32,000 nt of DNA from positions 1,170,001 to 1,202,000 of the forward strand of contig NC_009776.1 in assembly GCF_000017945.1 (NCBI RefSeq), given 5' to 3'. The position numbers were made by a program, and so were the translations under genes. The notes under the pieces are model-generated. The model ran no database searches. It was not told the DNA's origin and saw only the letters and a list, made by a program, of their open reading frames with translations. This document shows positions 1 through 8,104 of this stretch, piece by piece. Positions within the stretch are counted from its first letter, which is position 1. The number at the start of each line of letters is the position of its first letter. The stretch comes from Ignicoccus hospitalis KIN4/I (GTDB taxonomy: Archaea > Thermoproteota > Thermoprotei_A > Sulfolobales > Ignicoccaceae).

Positions 1-753
1 TCCGGCACAGTAGGCCTCGGGAGGTGCCTCTCGGCGACCGCGAGGGCCCAAGCCTTGGAGGAACAGATCAAGGGCGTCGAGAGCGGTTACGGAGAGCTTA
101 GTCTGGCCGTCAGAAACGCTTGCGACGAGGAAGTGGAGGGGTCGGCGATAGTGAAGTTCCTTTACGCCAACCCCTCCCCTAAGGCCTACGTGGAGTACTG
201 CTCAGAGGGGCGGACCGAGGTCTACCGGGTCCCCTCTTGTGCGGAGGCCGGCGAGGGGCCCTTGCTAGCTTGTAGGACTTGGGGGGTGGGGGAGTTCAAG
301 GTAACGGAGCTGACGGAGAGCATCTACGTCGAAAAGGGGACCTCGAGGGCCGCGCGGCGCCTCGAGGAAGTGTTAGAAAGGGTCCCTAAGTGCTTGGAGT
401 GGACTTGTTATAGGTGGATAAGCGTTCCGAGGACCTTTAGTTACTGTGCCGTAATGAAGAACTCAGGACTGAAGAGCGACGGACACGTCGTGGGGAAGGC
501 CGTGGTCTTCAAGTTTAGGTTAGGGCCCCACGAGTCCAAGGTAGTTAAGACCTATTTCTCCAACGTCACGCCGGCCTTTTACCTAGGCTTCTTGGAGGAC
601 AGAGCGAAAGTGCCTTTGGCGGTAGTTAAGGTAGGAGACGAGGAGCTGACCATACCGTGGTACGCCCCAAACGCCGCCTACCCGCTGACAGTAGCAGTTT
701 ACGCGCTGGCGCTGGTATTAATGGTGTTAGCGTTGGTAAGGCTCTTCTCCTAA
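1..753 (+). CDS. Putative extracytoplasmic/surface protein with C-terminal membrane anchor, paralog 1 of a local three-gene family (possibly 5'-truncated by the window edge)
   Basis: The track ORF is 55..753 (TTG start), but the same frame stays open back to nt 1, so the gene may start left of the window. It has a hydrophobic C-terminal tail (AYPLTVAVYALALVLMVLALVRLFS). Motifs RNACDEEVE, KCLEWTCYRW and LGPHESK are mirrored in the next ORF as ENLCEKEVE, ECVEWTCAKW and LGPKETK. Confidence 0.5.
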   Translation, partial: SGTVGLGRCLSATARAQALEEQIKGVESGYGELSLAVRNACDEEVEGSAIVKFLYANPSPKAYVEYCSEGRTEVYRVPSCAEAGEGPLLACRTWGVGEFKVTELTESIYVEKGTSRAARRLEEVLERVPKCLEWTCYRWISVPRTFSYCAVMKNSGLKSDGHVVGKAVVFKFRLGPHESKVVKTYFSNVTPAFYLGFLEDRAKVPLAVVKVGDEELTIPWYAPNAAYPLTVAVYALALVLMVLALVRLFS

Positions 754-1685
754 CCCTAGCGCTCTCTACCGTCGCCCTGAGCTGCGTACAAGTTACCCGT
801 TCGTTCGTCCAGCTCTCGGACGAGTCGGAGCTGAAGCTCCGGGTATCCGTCACTTGCCCGGGCGACGTGGAAGTCAGGATAGAGGCGGACGTGGCGCCCT
901 ACTCCGCAACCGGCCCTCTGAAGGCCGAAGGGGGCTCTTACGTCCTCGCAACGGATAAGGAAGGGGAGCTCTGGGCGTCCTTGCGCTTCCCTGGCAATCA
1001 CCCCCACATAACGATAAAGGTGTATTACGAGTCCCAGCTGGTCGACGAAACCGTCGTTAACCCCAAGGGCTGCGTAGCAGTAACCCTTCGTCCCTCCGAG
1101 GACGGCAAGGTAGTCGGCTTGGTAGTGGAGAACTTGTGCGAGAAGGAGGTAGAAGTCCCCATAAAGGTGGTCGGAGAGGGCGCAACAGAGTCGCTGAAGA
1201 GGTCTACGTGCGTCGAGAAGGTGGCCAAGCTGGGCTACGCGCGCGAGTGCGTCGAGTGGACTTGTGCTAAGTGGCTCTACGCCAGTACATGCGCGAAGAA
1301 GAGGGTCACGTGCGTTGACGGCGAGTGCGAGGAGCGGTGCGAACTCAAGCTTACCGTACCTACCGCCTGCGAGAAGTGGGCGTGTTCCAAAACGCAAATG
1401 GTTCCGACAGTAAAGTACGAGTGTACCAAGCATGATGTAGAGGCGGTTAGGAGCTCGTGGCCCCCTTCCGGCGAGGGGACCTTCGAGGGGATTCTGAAGC
1501 TAGGGCCCAAGGAGACGAAGGCGCTTAGGTTCGTCTTCAAAGGAGGCGCGAGGAAGGCTATCGTAGGGGAGTTCGAAGCGGAGCTCCCGGGGCCCCCTCC
1601 CCCGCCTTTCGAGGTGAATTACCTGCCTATGATAATAAGCTTGGTCGTTATAGTTTTCTCCTTGTCAGTGCTCCTCACTTCTTGA
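657..1685 (+). CDS. Cys-rich putative surface protein with N-terminal signal/anchor and C-terminal PPPPP + TM anchor, paralog 2
   Basis: 342-aa ORF. The GTG at 657 is the only canonical start in frame. Hydrophobic N-terminal segment ALLLTLALSTVALSCV. A central module carries 10 Cys in about 72 residues, including ECVEWTCAKW and ACEKWACSK. The C-terminus reads GPPPPPFEVNYLPMIISLVVIVFSLSVLLTS. The beta-rich V/E/K-alternating sequence with L-G-P-x-E-T-K-x-x-x-F resembles CARDB-like beta-sandwich domains; this fold assignment is inference. Confidence 0.6.
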   Translation: MVRPKRRLPADSSSLRAGAGINGVSVGKALLLTLALSTVALSCVQVTRSFVQLSDESELKLRVSVTCPGDVEVRIEADVAPYSATGPLKAEGGSYVLATDKEGELWASLRFPGNHPHITIKVYYESQLVDETVVNPKGCVAVTLRPSEDGKVVGLVVENLCEKEVEVPIKVVGEGATESLKRSTCVEKVAKLGYARECVEWTCAKWLYASTCAKKRVTCVDGECEERCELKLTVPTACEKWACSKTQMVPTVKYECTKHDVEAVRSSWPPSGEGTFEGILKLGPKETKALRFVFKGGARKAIVGEFEAELPGPPPPPFEVNYLPMIISLVVIVFSLSVLLTS

Positions 1686-2334
1686 TCCTCGTCGCCTCCT
1701 TCAAGAGCGCCTCCACTTGGGCGCCTACTGCTCCCTCGTCGTAAGGGGGGTAGGGCTTGCCCTCCTCCAAGTCCAAGGGCCCGGAGCAGAACATCCCCCA
1801 GCTCACCACCCCCCTCAGCTCAGCTGGGGGGAGCAGCGCAACTGCCCTCACCTCCCCCTCCTTCACTTCACTTATGTTGGTTACGACGGTGATAGCTACC
1901 TTCCCCAAACCGGTCCTAGTCACCTTCAACTTGTCCGCGTTGGGGTGGTCCTTCACCGTCAACACTCGCCCGGAGAAGACCAAGACCGCCCTGCCCGGGC
2001 TCACCTCCTCCCCGAGCTTGAGGAGGGTCGGTAGCGCTTGGAGGTAGCCCAAGGCCCAAGAGGCCCTCGCCCTCAGCTCGTCCTTCTCCTCGCTCCCCAA
2101 GCCCAAAACCTCCTTAAGCTCCGACGCCAGCTTGGAGAGACCGGGGGCGCTCTGGGAGGCCATTTCCGCCGGGAGGCCGCTCCAACGCAAGCGCTTGAGC
2201 TCGCTCCACGCCTCGCGCAAGAGCTCGTTGGCCCTCCCCTTGTCTATGGGCCTCCCCGGGTTCCTTACCACCCTCTCCACCTTCTCCAGCCCCCACCAAG
2301 CCAGCAAGTACCTAGGGTCGTCGTGCCCCGGCAA
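1675..2334 (-). CDS. tRNA-binding OB-fold domain protein (Trbp111/CsaA/EMAP-like C-terminal domain)
   Basis: The C-terminal half (VKDHPNADKLKVTRTGLGKVAITVVTNISEVKEGEVRAVALLPPAELRGVVSWGMFC) fits the HPNADKL...S.GM pattern of the tRNA-binding domain. The N-terminal roughly 110 aa are unassigned. Confidence 0.6.
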   Translation of the reverse strand: MPGHDDPRYLLAWWGLEKVERVVRNPGRPIDKGRANELLREAWSELKRLRWSGLPAEMASQSAPGLSKLASELKEVLGLGSEEKDELRARASWALGYLQALPTLLKLGEEVSPGRAVLVFSGRVLTVKDHPNADKLKVTRTGLGKVAITVVTNISEVKEGEVRAVALLPPAELRGVVSWGMFCSGPLDLEEGKPYPPYDEGAVGAQVEALLKEATRIKK

Positions 2335-2407
2335 CGTCGAGTCCCTCCCCGCGGCCCGGAACTTTTGTATTAGTTTGTGTCCCTCAACCCTTAGGTCCCG
2401 GAAGTTG

Positions 2408-2923
2408 ATGTTCCCTTACGCGTTCCTTTCCGTAATACTCACTCAGACCCTAATATTAGAAGGAACGAACACGACCGTTACTCTTACTACGACTCCCTCC
2501 CTCTTGTACACCCTAACCGTCCTCTGTGAAAACGCTACTTTCGTAAAGAGCAACGTCGTCTTGGGCCCCTTTACCGCCGAGACGCTCTCGCTCCCGTGCG
2601 AGCCGCGTAAGGTCTCCCTAAAGGCCGTCCTAACTTACTTCCTTTACCATATGGACGACAAATTGAAGACGATAACGTTTACTACCGTGAACGTCGAAGA
2701 GGAGTTAGTGCCCAGGGGCACGGTAACACTAAACATAACGGGAGCGGAGCTGAGCTTAGACAACTTAGTAAAGGCTAGGTTTGAAGGGGAGCTCGTAGTG
2801 AGTTTCGGCTACGTCCCCCCTCCGCCGGTCGCGGCCGTCGGGGCGCTGGCGGTGAGAGCTGTAGCTAAGAGGCTTCCTTCTCGCGCACCTCGACGGTCTC
2901 GCTCTTCTCGACGGCCTTCCTAG
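2408..2923 (+). CDS. Putative secreted/anchored glycoprotein-like protein, distant paralog 3 of the 1..1685 family
   Basis: Track ORF 2132..2923 overlaps the minus-strand gene 1675..2334. The in-frame ATG at 2408 gives MFPYAFLSVILTQTLILEG, a signal-like N-terminus. It contains several N-x-S/T sequons (NTT, NAT, NIT). Motifs VLCENATF and LGPFTAETLSL echo paralogs 1 and 2. The C-terminus is YVPPPPVAAVGALAVRAVA. Its 3' end overlaps the CBS gene by 59 nt. Confidence 0.4.
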   Translation: MFPYAFLSVILTQTLILEGTNTTVTLTTTPSLLYTLTVLCENATFVKSNVVLGPFTAETLSLPCEPRKVSLKAVLTYFLYHMDDKLKTITFTTVNVEEELVPRGTVTLNITGAELSLDNLVKARFEGELVVSFGYVPPPPVAAVGALAVRAVAKRLPSRAPRRSRSSRRPS

Positions 2924-3842
2924 GCAGCCTCGCCAGAGCCCTCACCAAGTCCTCCACGAAGAGGGCCCCGACGTACCTCCCCTCTTCGTCCACCACAGGG
3001 ATCACTGGCTCTCTGAACACTAAGAACTTGTCCAAGGCAACGGTTACGCTGTCTTCTGGACTGAGGGAGGGAACCCCCCTCATCATTATGGTTTTTACCT
3101 TAGCCATTGGAACGCTCATGTGTTCGCCCTCCCTATGTATGAACCACCTGTTGGTCTTCACGAACTCCTTATAGGTTATTATTCCCTTGACCTTGTTCTC
3201 CTCGTCCTTTGCGACCACTACCAAGCCCGGCAAGAACTTGTTTATCAATTTGTGCCAAGCCTTGTTCACCTTTTCGTTCCAGTCTATCGCGTACTCCTCG
3301 CCGGTCCTCATTACGTCCTTTACCTTAAGCTCGGGCTCGCCGGGCAAGTGGTGCTTTAGCAAGCGCAGCAAGTCGAAGTAGTCCACAACCCCGAGCAGCT
3401 TGCCCTCCTCGTCCACCACCGGAGCCCCTCTGACCCTCTTGTCCTCCAACTCCCTCACGACGCGCAACAAGTCGTCGTCCGGCTTAAACATGGGGAACTC
3501 GTGCATGAAGTCGAGGACGCTGAAGCGGGAACGGTGGGAAGTAGGGACCATCAGCTCGAACTGAGTTAGGAAGCCGTCGGTCCTCTTGGTGTAGGGGTCC
3601 CTTAACACCGGAATGACTTCCTCGTCTGTCTTCCTCACCAAGGGTTTCAAGTTTACCAAGAGCTCATGCTTGTTATAAACGACCACCGCCGGGGCCCTGG
3701 CCGCCTCTCGCACTTGCAAGGCCTTGCCCAGAGTGAGTTCCTCGGGGACCTCCTCTGGCAAGAGGACCGCTTTCTTCTCTTCCTTAACTTTTACCTCTTT
3801 GACCCTCTCAGGCAATATATCCACCCCGTCCTTCCGGCCCAC
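2865..3842 (-). CDS. CBS-domain protein (multiple tandem CBS motifs)
   Basis: Repeated CBS-like blocks are present: VMRTGEEYAIDW...GLVVVAKDEENKVKGIITYKEF; MMRGVPSLSPEDSV...IPVVDEEGRYVGALFVEDL; APVVDEEGKLLGVVDYFDLL. The start is uncertain because the annotated start lies 2 nt from the divergent start at 3845. Confidence 0.75.
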   Translation of the reverse strand: MGRKDGVDILPERVKEVKVKEEKKAVLLPEEVPEELTLGKALQVREAARAPAVVVYNKHELLVNLKPLVRKTDEEVIPVLRDPYTKRTDGFLTQFELMVPTSHRSRFSVLDFMHEFPMFKPDDDLLRVVRELEDKRVRGAPVVDEEGKLLGVVDYFDLLRLLKHHLPGEPELKVKDVMRTGEEYAIDWNEKVNKAWHKLINKFLPGLVVVAKDEENKVKGIITYKEFVKTNRWFIHREGEHMSVPMAKVKTIMMRGVPSLSPEDSVTVALDKFLVFREPVIPVVDEEGRYVGALFVEDLVRALARLPRKAVEKSETVEVREKEAS

Positions 3843-3844
3843 GG

Positions 3845-4567
3845 ATGCGCATCATGGATTATAAGAAGAGCACGCGCTTGCTGGAAGAGCTGCTGGGCGT
3901 CACTGCCTCCGTGAGGCCGCCGAAGCTCTTCGTGTACAAGGACTGCGAGGGGCTGGAGGTCCCGCTGAGCGCGTTCCCCGTCGCCTTGGCCGTCTTCATG
4001 CCGGCCGAGAAGGCTTGGGCCGCACTGAGGGCGCTCTACGGAGAAGACCCGCGAAGGGCCTACGAGGAGTACTTGAGGAGGCCTTCCAAGGCTTGTTGGC
4101 TAAGCAGAGAGGTAGCTAAGGCGATCGCGTACCGCTTAGGCGGCAAAAGGCCAAAGGGCTTGGAACGGGAGGTTGAGAAGAGGTGGCCGAACGTGTGCGG
4201 GCCGGTAGACGCGTTCTCCGAAGCGCTCAAGCTGACTACAGCATTAAACGAGGTCGGCATTTCGGCATCGTTCTACAAGGGCGACAAGGAGGGAGAGGTG
4301 AGGACGCCTTACGCCGTCATCAAAGTGAAGAGGTCTGATCCCGTGGACGAAAGGTTCCTAAAGGAGTTGAGGGAACTAGTTCAGAAGGACGCGGAGCTGG
4401 GCAAGAGGGTCCTCTCCTTGATTGGTGCCAGGGGAAGTTGTGTGGAGCTGGCGGAAGCGGTGAAGCTTTCGGAAGAGCTGTTGGGCTACGGATTCTTGAG
4501 GACCAAACTGAGGGAAAAGGCGGAGGAGCTGGCCAAGGAGGCCTTGGCCAGGAGCAAGTTGCCATAA
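3845..4567 (+). CDS. Hypothetical protein (240 aa, soluble, Lys/Glu-rich helical C-terminus)
   Basis: A long ORF with coding-like composition and no competing ORF. I recognise no motif. An alternative ATG lies at 3854. Confidence 0.5.
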   Translation: MRIMDYKKSTRLLEELLGVTASVRPPKLFVYKDCEGLEVPLSAFPVALAVFMPAEKAWAALRALYGEDPRRAYEEYLRRPSKACWLSREVAKAIAYRLGGKRPKGLEREVEKRWPNVCGPVDAFSEALKLTTALNEVGISASFYKGDKEGEVRTPYAVIKVKRSDPVDERFLKELRELVQKDAELGKRVLSLIGARGSCVELAEAVKLSEELLGYGFLRTKLREKAEELAKEALARSKLP

Positions 4568-4671
4568 GGGCGATGAAGAAGGTTAAAAGCGGCGAGCGGT
4601 GAGCGGGGGCCAAGCCCCGAGCCCCGAACCTCTTTAGCTCGCCCTCGGAGTAGGGCCTAGGGTAAGGAATT

Positions 4672-5220
4672 ATGGAGGACAAGGTTCTGGAGTGGATAGC
4701 GTACTTCTACCAGACCTACTTCAGAGAAATAACGTTCAGCGCCCTCCCCAGAGAGCTGAGGAGTATCCTGGGCGACGCCGCTTACGGAGTAATAACCAAG
4801 ATCGTTATGGGGACGTCCAGCAAAGCGATACCGAAGATGGCCAAGAGCTTGGGTTTCCTAAAGGAAGGCGAAAAGGCCGACACTCTAGACATGATCAAGG
4901 AACTCAACGAGAAGTGCCACATTCAGCTCTACCAGGAGACCAGCAAGTACGGCACCATAGGGGACATAGGCCTCATCCCCATGGAGTATGACAAAGAAAA
5001 GGGAATTCTAAAATTCATATTGAACAAATGTCCGGTAGACGAGGTAGCCGCGGCCCCGTACGTCGGCATAGTCGCCGGCATCTCCGCCGGGCTAGGCCTC
5101 AAGGTTAGGCCCATCAGAGAGCCTTCTCAAAAGAAGTTCGTGAAGGAGGGGTTCGTCGTCTATCCCGTCTTAGATAAGGAAAACAACAAGTGTTACATAG
5201 TACTCGAGAAGGTAGGTTAG
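4672..5220 (+). CDS. Hypothetical protein, possibly V4R-like C-terminal domain
   Basis: 182-aa ORF with an ATG start. The C-terminal pattern NKCPVDE...GIVAGISAGLGLKV...NNKCYIVLEKV loosely fits the Cys...G..G...G...C.f.v pattern of V4R domains. The domain assignment is tentative. Confidence 0.5.
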   Translation: MEDKVLEWIAYFYQTYFREITFSALPRELRSILGDAAYGVITKIVMGTSSKAIPKMAKSLGFLKEGEKADTLDMIKELNEKCHIQLYQETSKYGTIGDIGLIPMEYDKEKGILKFILNKCPVDEVAAAPYVGIVAGISAGLGLKVRPIREPSQKKFVKEGFVVYPVLDKENNKCYIVLEKVG

Positions 5221-5501
5221 CCAGCTATTTTTAGTACCTCTTGAGACAGCGTTATCAGTTTCTCATCGAACTCCCTTATCCAGCCCAATATCACGCTTAT
5301 CGCTATTAGCCATATAATACCCTCCACTATCACTATCGAAAAAAGCGCGTACTCGTTGTTCCTGAAGAACAAGACTAGGGCCAGTATAGGCATCGTCATG
5401 TATATGAGTAGGAGGGCGTTAAGTAACGAAAAAGAGATGCTTGAGTTGAGCACGAAGGAGGAAAGCGCGGAGACATTGGCGGCAGTCGTGTTGCTCAGCA
5501 A
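5217..5501 (-). CDS. Small hydrophobic membrane protein (2-3 predicted TM segments)
   Basis: 94-aa ORF with a TTG start in an AT-richer stretch. An internal ATG (MTMPILALVLFF...) would give a roughly 60-aa two-TM protein. I recognise no homology. Confidence 0.35.
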   Translation of the reverse strand: MLSNTTAANVSALSSFVLNSSISFSLLNALLLIYMTMPILALVLFFRNNEYALFSIVIVEGIIWLIAISVILGWIREFDEKLITLSQEVLKIAG

Positions 5502-5588
5502 ACGTGTTCCCGGAGGATTGTGTTAAGAGCATAACATTAAGAGGATCAGATGTGGCTGTTATAAAAAGGTTTTAGCATCATTTAAAAA

Positions 5589-5867
5589 TTATATTTTCCT
5601 CGCTATCTGTAGCATCACTAGCGTAACAAAGTAGGTAATCGCAGCGTAGATTATTGAGGCCACTAGTATACCGACTCCGATATTTGTAGTGCCCGCCAGT
5701 ATGAACGGTAGTGATGAAAATATGCCTAGTAGCACGTAATGTAAAGCTTGGTATTTCGCAAAGACGTCGTCTGTCAAGTACTGGTTCGCCTCCATATTGG
5801 CCTCGGCAGCGAAGGCGGCGGGCGCCAGAGCCATGAGAGCCAACAAGACGGGCACGACCTTCCTCAT
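5589..5867 (-). CDS. Small secreted/membrane protein (signal peptide + 2 TM)
   Basis: 92-aa ORF. MRKVVPVLLALMALAPAAFAAEA looks like a signal peptide and is followed by two hydrophobic helices. A GGAGGG lies about 7 nt upstream of the ATG. The gene sits directly downstream of cstA on the same strand. Confidence 0.5.
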   Translation of the reverse strand: MRKVVPVLLALMALAPAAFAAEANMEANQYLTDDVFAKYQALHYVLLGIFSSLPFILAGTTNIGVGILVASIIYAAITYFVTLVMLQIARKI

Positions 5868-5926
5868 TCCCAGTCCCTCCGGCTCCCCTCCTACTCTCCA
5901 TGCTTAAAAAGATTTCTCTATTTTGG

Positions 5927-7711
5927 TTACACAGAGGTCTTGACTTCCACGACTTGTTTGGCGCCCTCTTTCCTCATCATGTTTAGGAACTCCTTTAGCA
6001 AGTAGAAGTTGAATATTAGTTCTATTATTGTTATAGCTTCTACTGCTGCGAGCGTCACGCTGCCCTTAGCCGCTATGGTGGCCGGCGCTATGTAGGCCAC
6101 GTACAGTATTAGCGCTAGGGTAACGGTGATCCATAAGAAGGCTGCCGGGGCGAGCACGGTGAGCTGGTAGCGCTTAGGAGCCTTTAAGTCCTTTATGACC
6201 CACGCGGCTACTGTCATCATAGCTATGGAAGCCAACATCTGGTTAACTCCGCTGAACGCCGGCCAGAGCACTAGGTAAGCGCCGCTCAGGGCCAAGCTGA
6301 ACCCTAGGACCGCGGCCACCAGCGAGCTCACCCAAGCGTTCGAAAGGACCTTCTTCCCTACCTTCAGTTCCTCTACTAGCTCGCTCCAAGTGAACCTCGC
6401 GAGCCTCACGGTGGTGTCGAGGGTCGTCAGCGCGAAGGAGGTTATCCAGAGGCCGGCGAAGAGCGAGAGCGTCGTTACCGGTAGGTGAAGCGCGGTACCT
6501 ACGGCCGCCCCGAAGCTCTTGGAGAATATCCCGGCCGGCCCTCCGAACGCCTTCATTATCGCCGGGTAGTTCTTGCCGAACTCCACGGGGTCGGCCAAGG
6601 CCTTTTGTATCACGTCCGGGGAGAGGCTCAGCTTAAGCCCGTACGCTTGCGGGTTGAGGAGCATCAAGGGCAACATGGCGGCGATGGAGGCCACTACCAG
6701 AGTGGAGAGCAAGCCCTCCGCGAACATAGAGCCGTAGCCCACCAGCAAGCCGCTGAGCTCGTTGTCCAACTGCTTGGAAGTGGTCCCGCTGGCCACCAAG
6801 CTGTGGAAGCCGCTGAGGGCGCCACAAGCTATGACTAGGGGCACCAACGGCCAGAACGGCGAGTTTACGCCGAGCACCGGGGCGTCGAAGCTGGTGTAGG
6901 CAGGTACCTTGAGCTCGCCGAACAACGCTATCAAGCCTACAACTCCCAACGCCAAGCCGAAGTAGAGTAACAAGGAGTTCATGAAGTCTCTAGGTTGCAG
7001 CAAAACCCACACGGGCAGGCTGGCCGCTATTATGGTGTACACCAACAGCACCGCTACCCAGTCGTTGTAGCTCAGCTTTATTGGGAAGTTCTCCGCTATT
7101 AGGATGCTAATGAGTATTAGGACTACTGCAACCGCTGCGGACTGGACGGGCTTAAGGGACTTCTGATACATTAAGTATCCCAACAAGACGGCCAGCGCTA
7201 TTTGCGTCATAGAGGCCGTGGCAACCATGGGTATTTTGACGAACAAGTGTCCTATTACGGCGCCGAACGCCGCTATCACTAACAGCAGCGCGAAGTAAAT
7301 GAATACCGAGAACGCTCTGCTCATGCTCTTACTTATCAGCCTCCCGGAGATCCACTGGATGCTCCTACCGTCGTAGCGCACGCTGGCCATGAGCGACAAG
7401 TAGTCGTGAACCGCGCCCACGAACACGTTGCCGAACCATATCCACAGTATCGGCATTAGCCAGCCCCATCCCATGGCCATTGCCGGGCCTACTATCGGGC
7501 CGGCGCCAGCTATGGAGGCGAAGTGGTGGCCCATTAGGACGTACTTGTTGGTCGGGACGTAGTCCACGTTATCTAAGAACTTTCTAGCCGGCACCTCCCT
7601 CTCGGGGCTCGCCTTCACCACCTTCCTCTCGAGGATTCTCCTACCGTAGAGCTGGTAGGTAACCGCGTATATAATCAAAGCTATTACGACCAGCAGGGTC
7701 GTCGTTATCAT
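5927..7711 (-). CDS. cstA: Carbon starvation protein A family transporter (CstA)
   Basis: Polytopic membrane protein with the CstA hallmark HHFASIAGAGPIVGP. The track ORF extends to 7939, but its first 76 codons are low-complexity. I place the start at the ATG at 7711 (MITTTLLVVIALIIYAVTYQLYGRRIL), which matches the typical CstA N-terminus. Confidence 0.85.
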   Translation of the reverse strand: MITTTLLVVIALIIYAVTYQLYGRRILERKVVKASPEREVPARKFLDNVDYVPTNKYVLMGHHFASIAGAGPIVGPAMAMGWGWLMPILWIWFGNVFVGAVHDYLSLMASVRYDGRSIQWISGRLISKSMSRAFSVFIYFALLLVIAAFGAVIGHLFVKIPMVATASMTQIALAVLLGYLMYQKSLKPVQSAAVAVVLILISILIAENFPIKLSYNDWVAVLLVYTIIAASLPVWVLLQPRDFMNSLLLYFGLALGVVGLIALFGELKVPAYTSFDAPVLGVNSPFWPLVPLVIACGALSGFHSLVASGTTSKQLDNELSGLLVGYGSMFAEGLLSTLVVASIAAMLPLMLLNPQAYGLKLSLSPDVIQKALADPVEFGKNYPAIMKAFGGPAGIFSKSFGAAVGTALHLPVTTLSLFAGLWITSFALTTLDTTVRLARFTWSELVEELKVGKKVLSNAWVSSLVAAVLGFSLALSGAYLVLWPAFSGVNQMLASIAMMTVAAWVIKDLKAPKRYQLTVLAPAAFLWITVTLALILYVAYIAPATIAAKGSVTLAAVEAITIIELIFNFYLLKEFLNMMRKEGAKQVVEVKTSV

Positions 7712-7841
7712 ACTGGCCCACCTCTGTTGGGAAAGGCAGTCAAGGAATTTATTACCTCTACCATGAAAGGTAGAACGTTCGGTTAATAACTTCCTATAAA
7801 GCTCGGCGCCGCGCGAGGTCACTTCGGGACGCGGTGATAGC

Positions 7842-8102
7842 TTGAGGTTACTGAAGTTCATCGCAGAGACGATAAACGACCTACTCAAGCTCAAAGCTAC
7901 CGAGTACATAGAGGCGGAGCTTGAAGAGCTGGAGCACATATTCGCCTTAATAGCCTTGGGCTTCCTGGTAGGGTACCCCGTAGTGCCACCTTCGCTGAGT
8001 CTGAAGTTAATGCCTTACATGGAGAAGGAGTTACTAATAATGATTGATAGGGCTGAGAGGCTTGATGACCAACTGGGTATAGTGGGATTCGACATTGAGT
8101 AG
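7842..8102 (+). CDS. Small hypothetical protein (86 aa) with one central hydrophobic segment, first gene of the ArsA-like cassette
   Basis: TTG start. Its stop is 2 nt before the GTG start of the ArsA-like gene. It has a helical, acidic N-terminus and the hydrophobic segment IFALIALGFLVGYPVV. Confidence 0.45.
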   Translation: MRLLKFIAETINDLLKLKATEYIEAELEELEHIFALIALGFLVGYPVVPPSLSLKLMPYMEKELLIMIDRAERLDDQLGIVGFDIE

Positions 8103-8104
8103 GG

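Noticed and set aside
3078-6235. C/D box sRNA candidates from AUGAUGA occurrences (minus-strand sense at about 3084, 5988 and 6227; plus-strand UGAUGA at about 12488)
   Set aside because: All lie inside well-supported CDS, with no appropriately spaced CUGA D box and no terminal stem that I could see. They are most likely just coding sequence.
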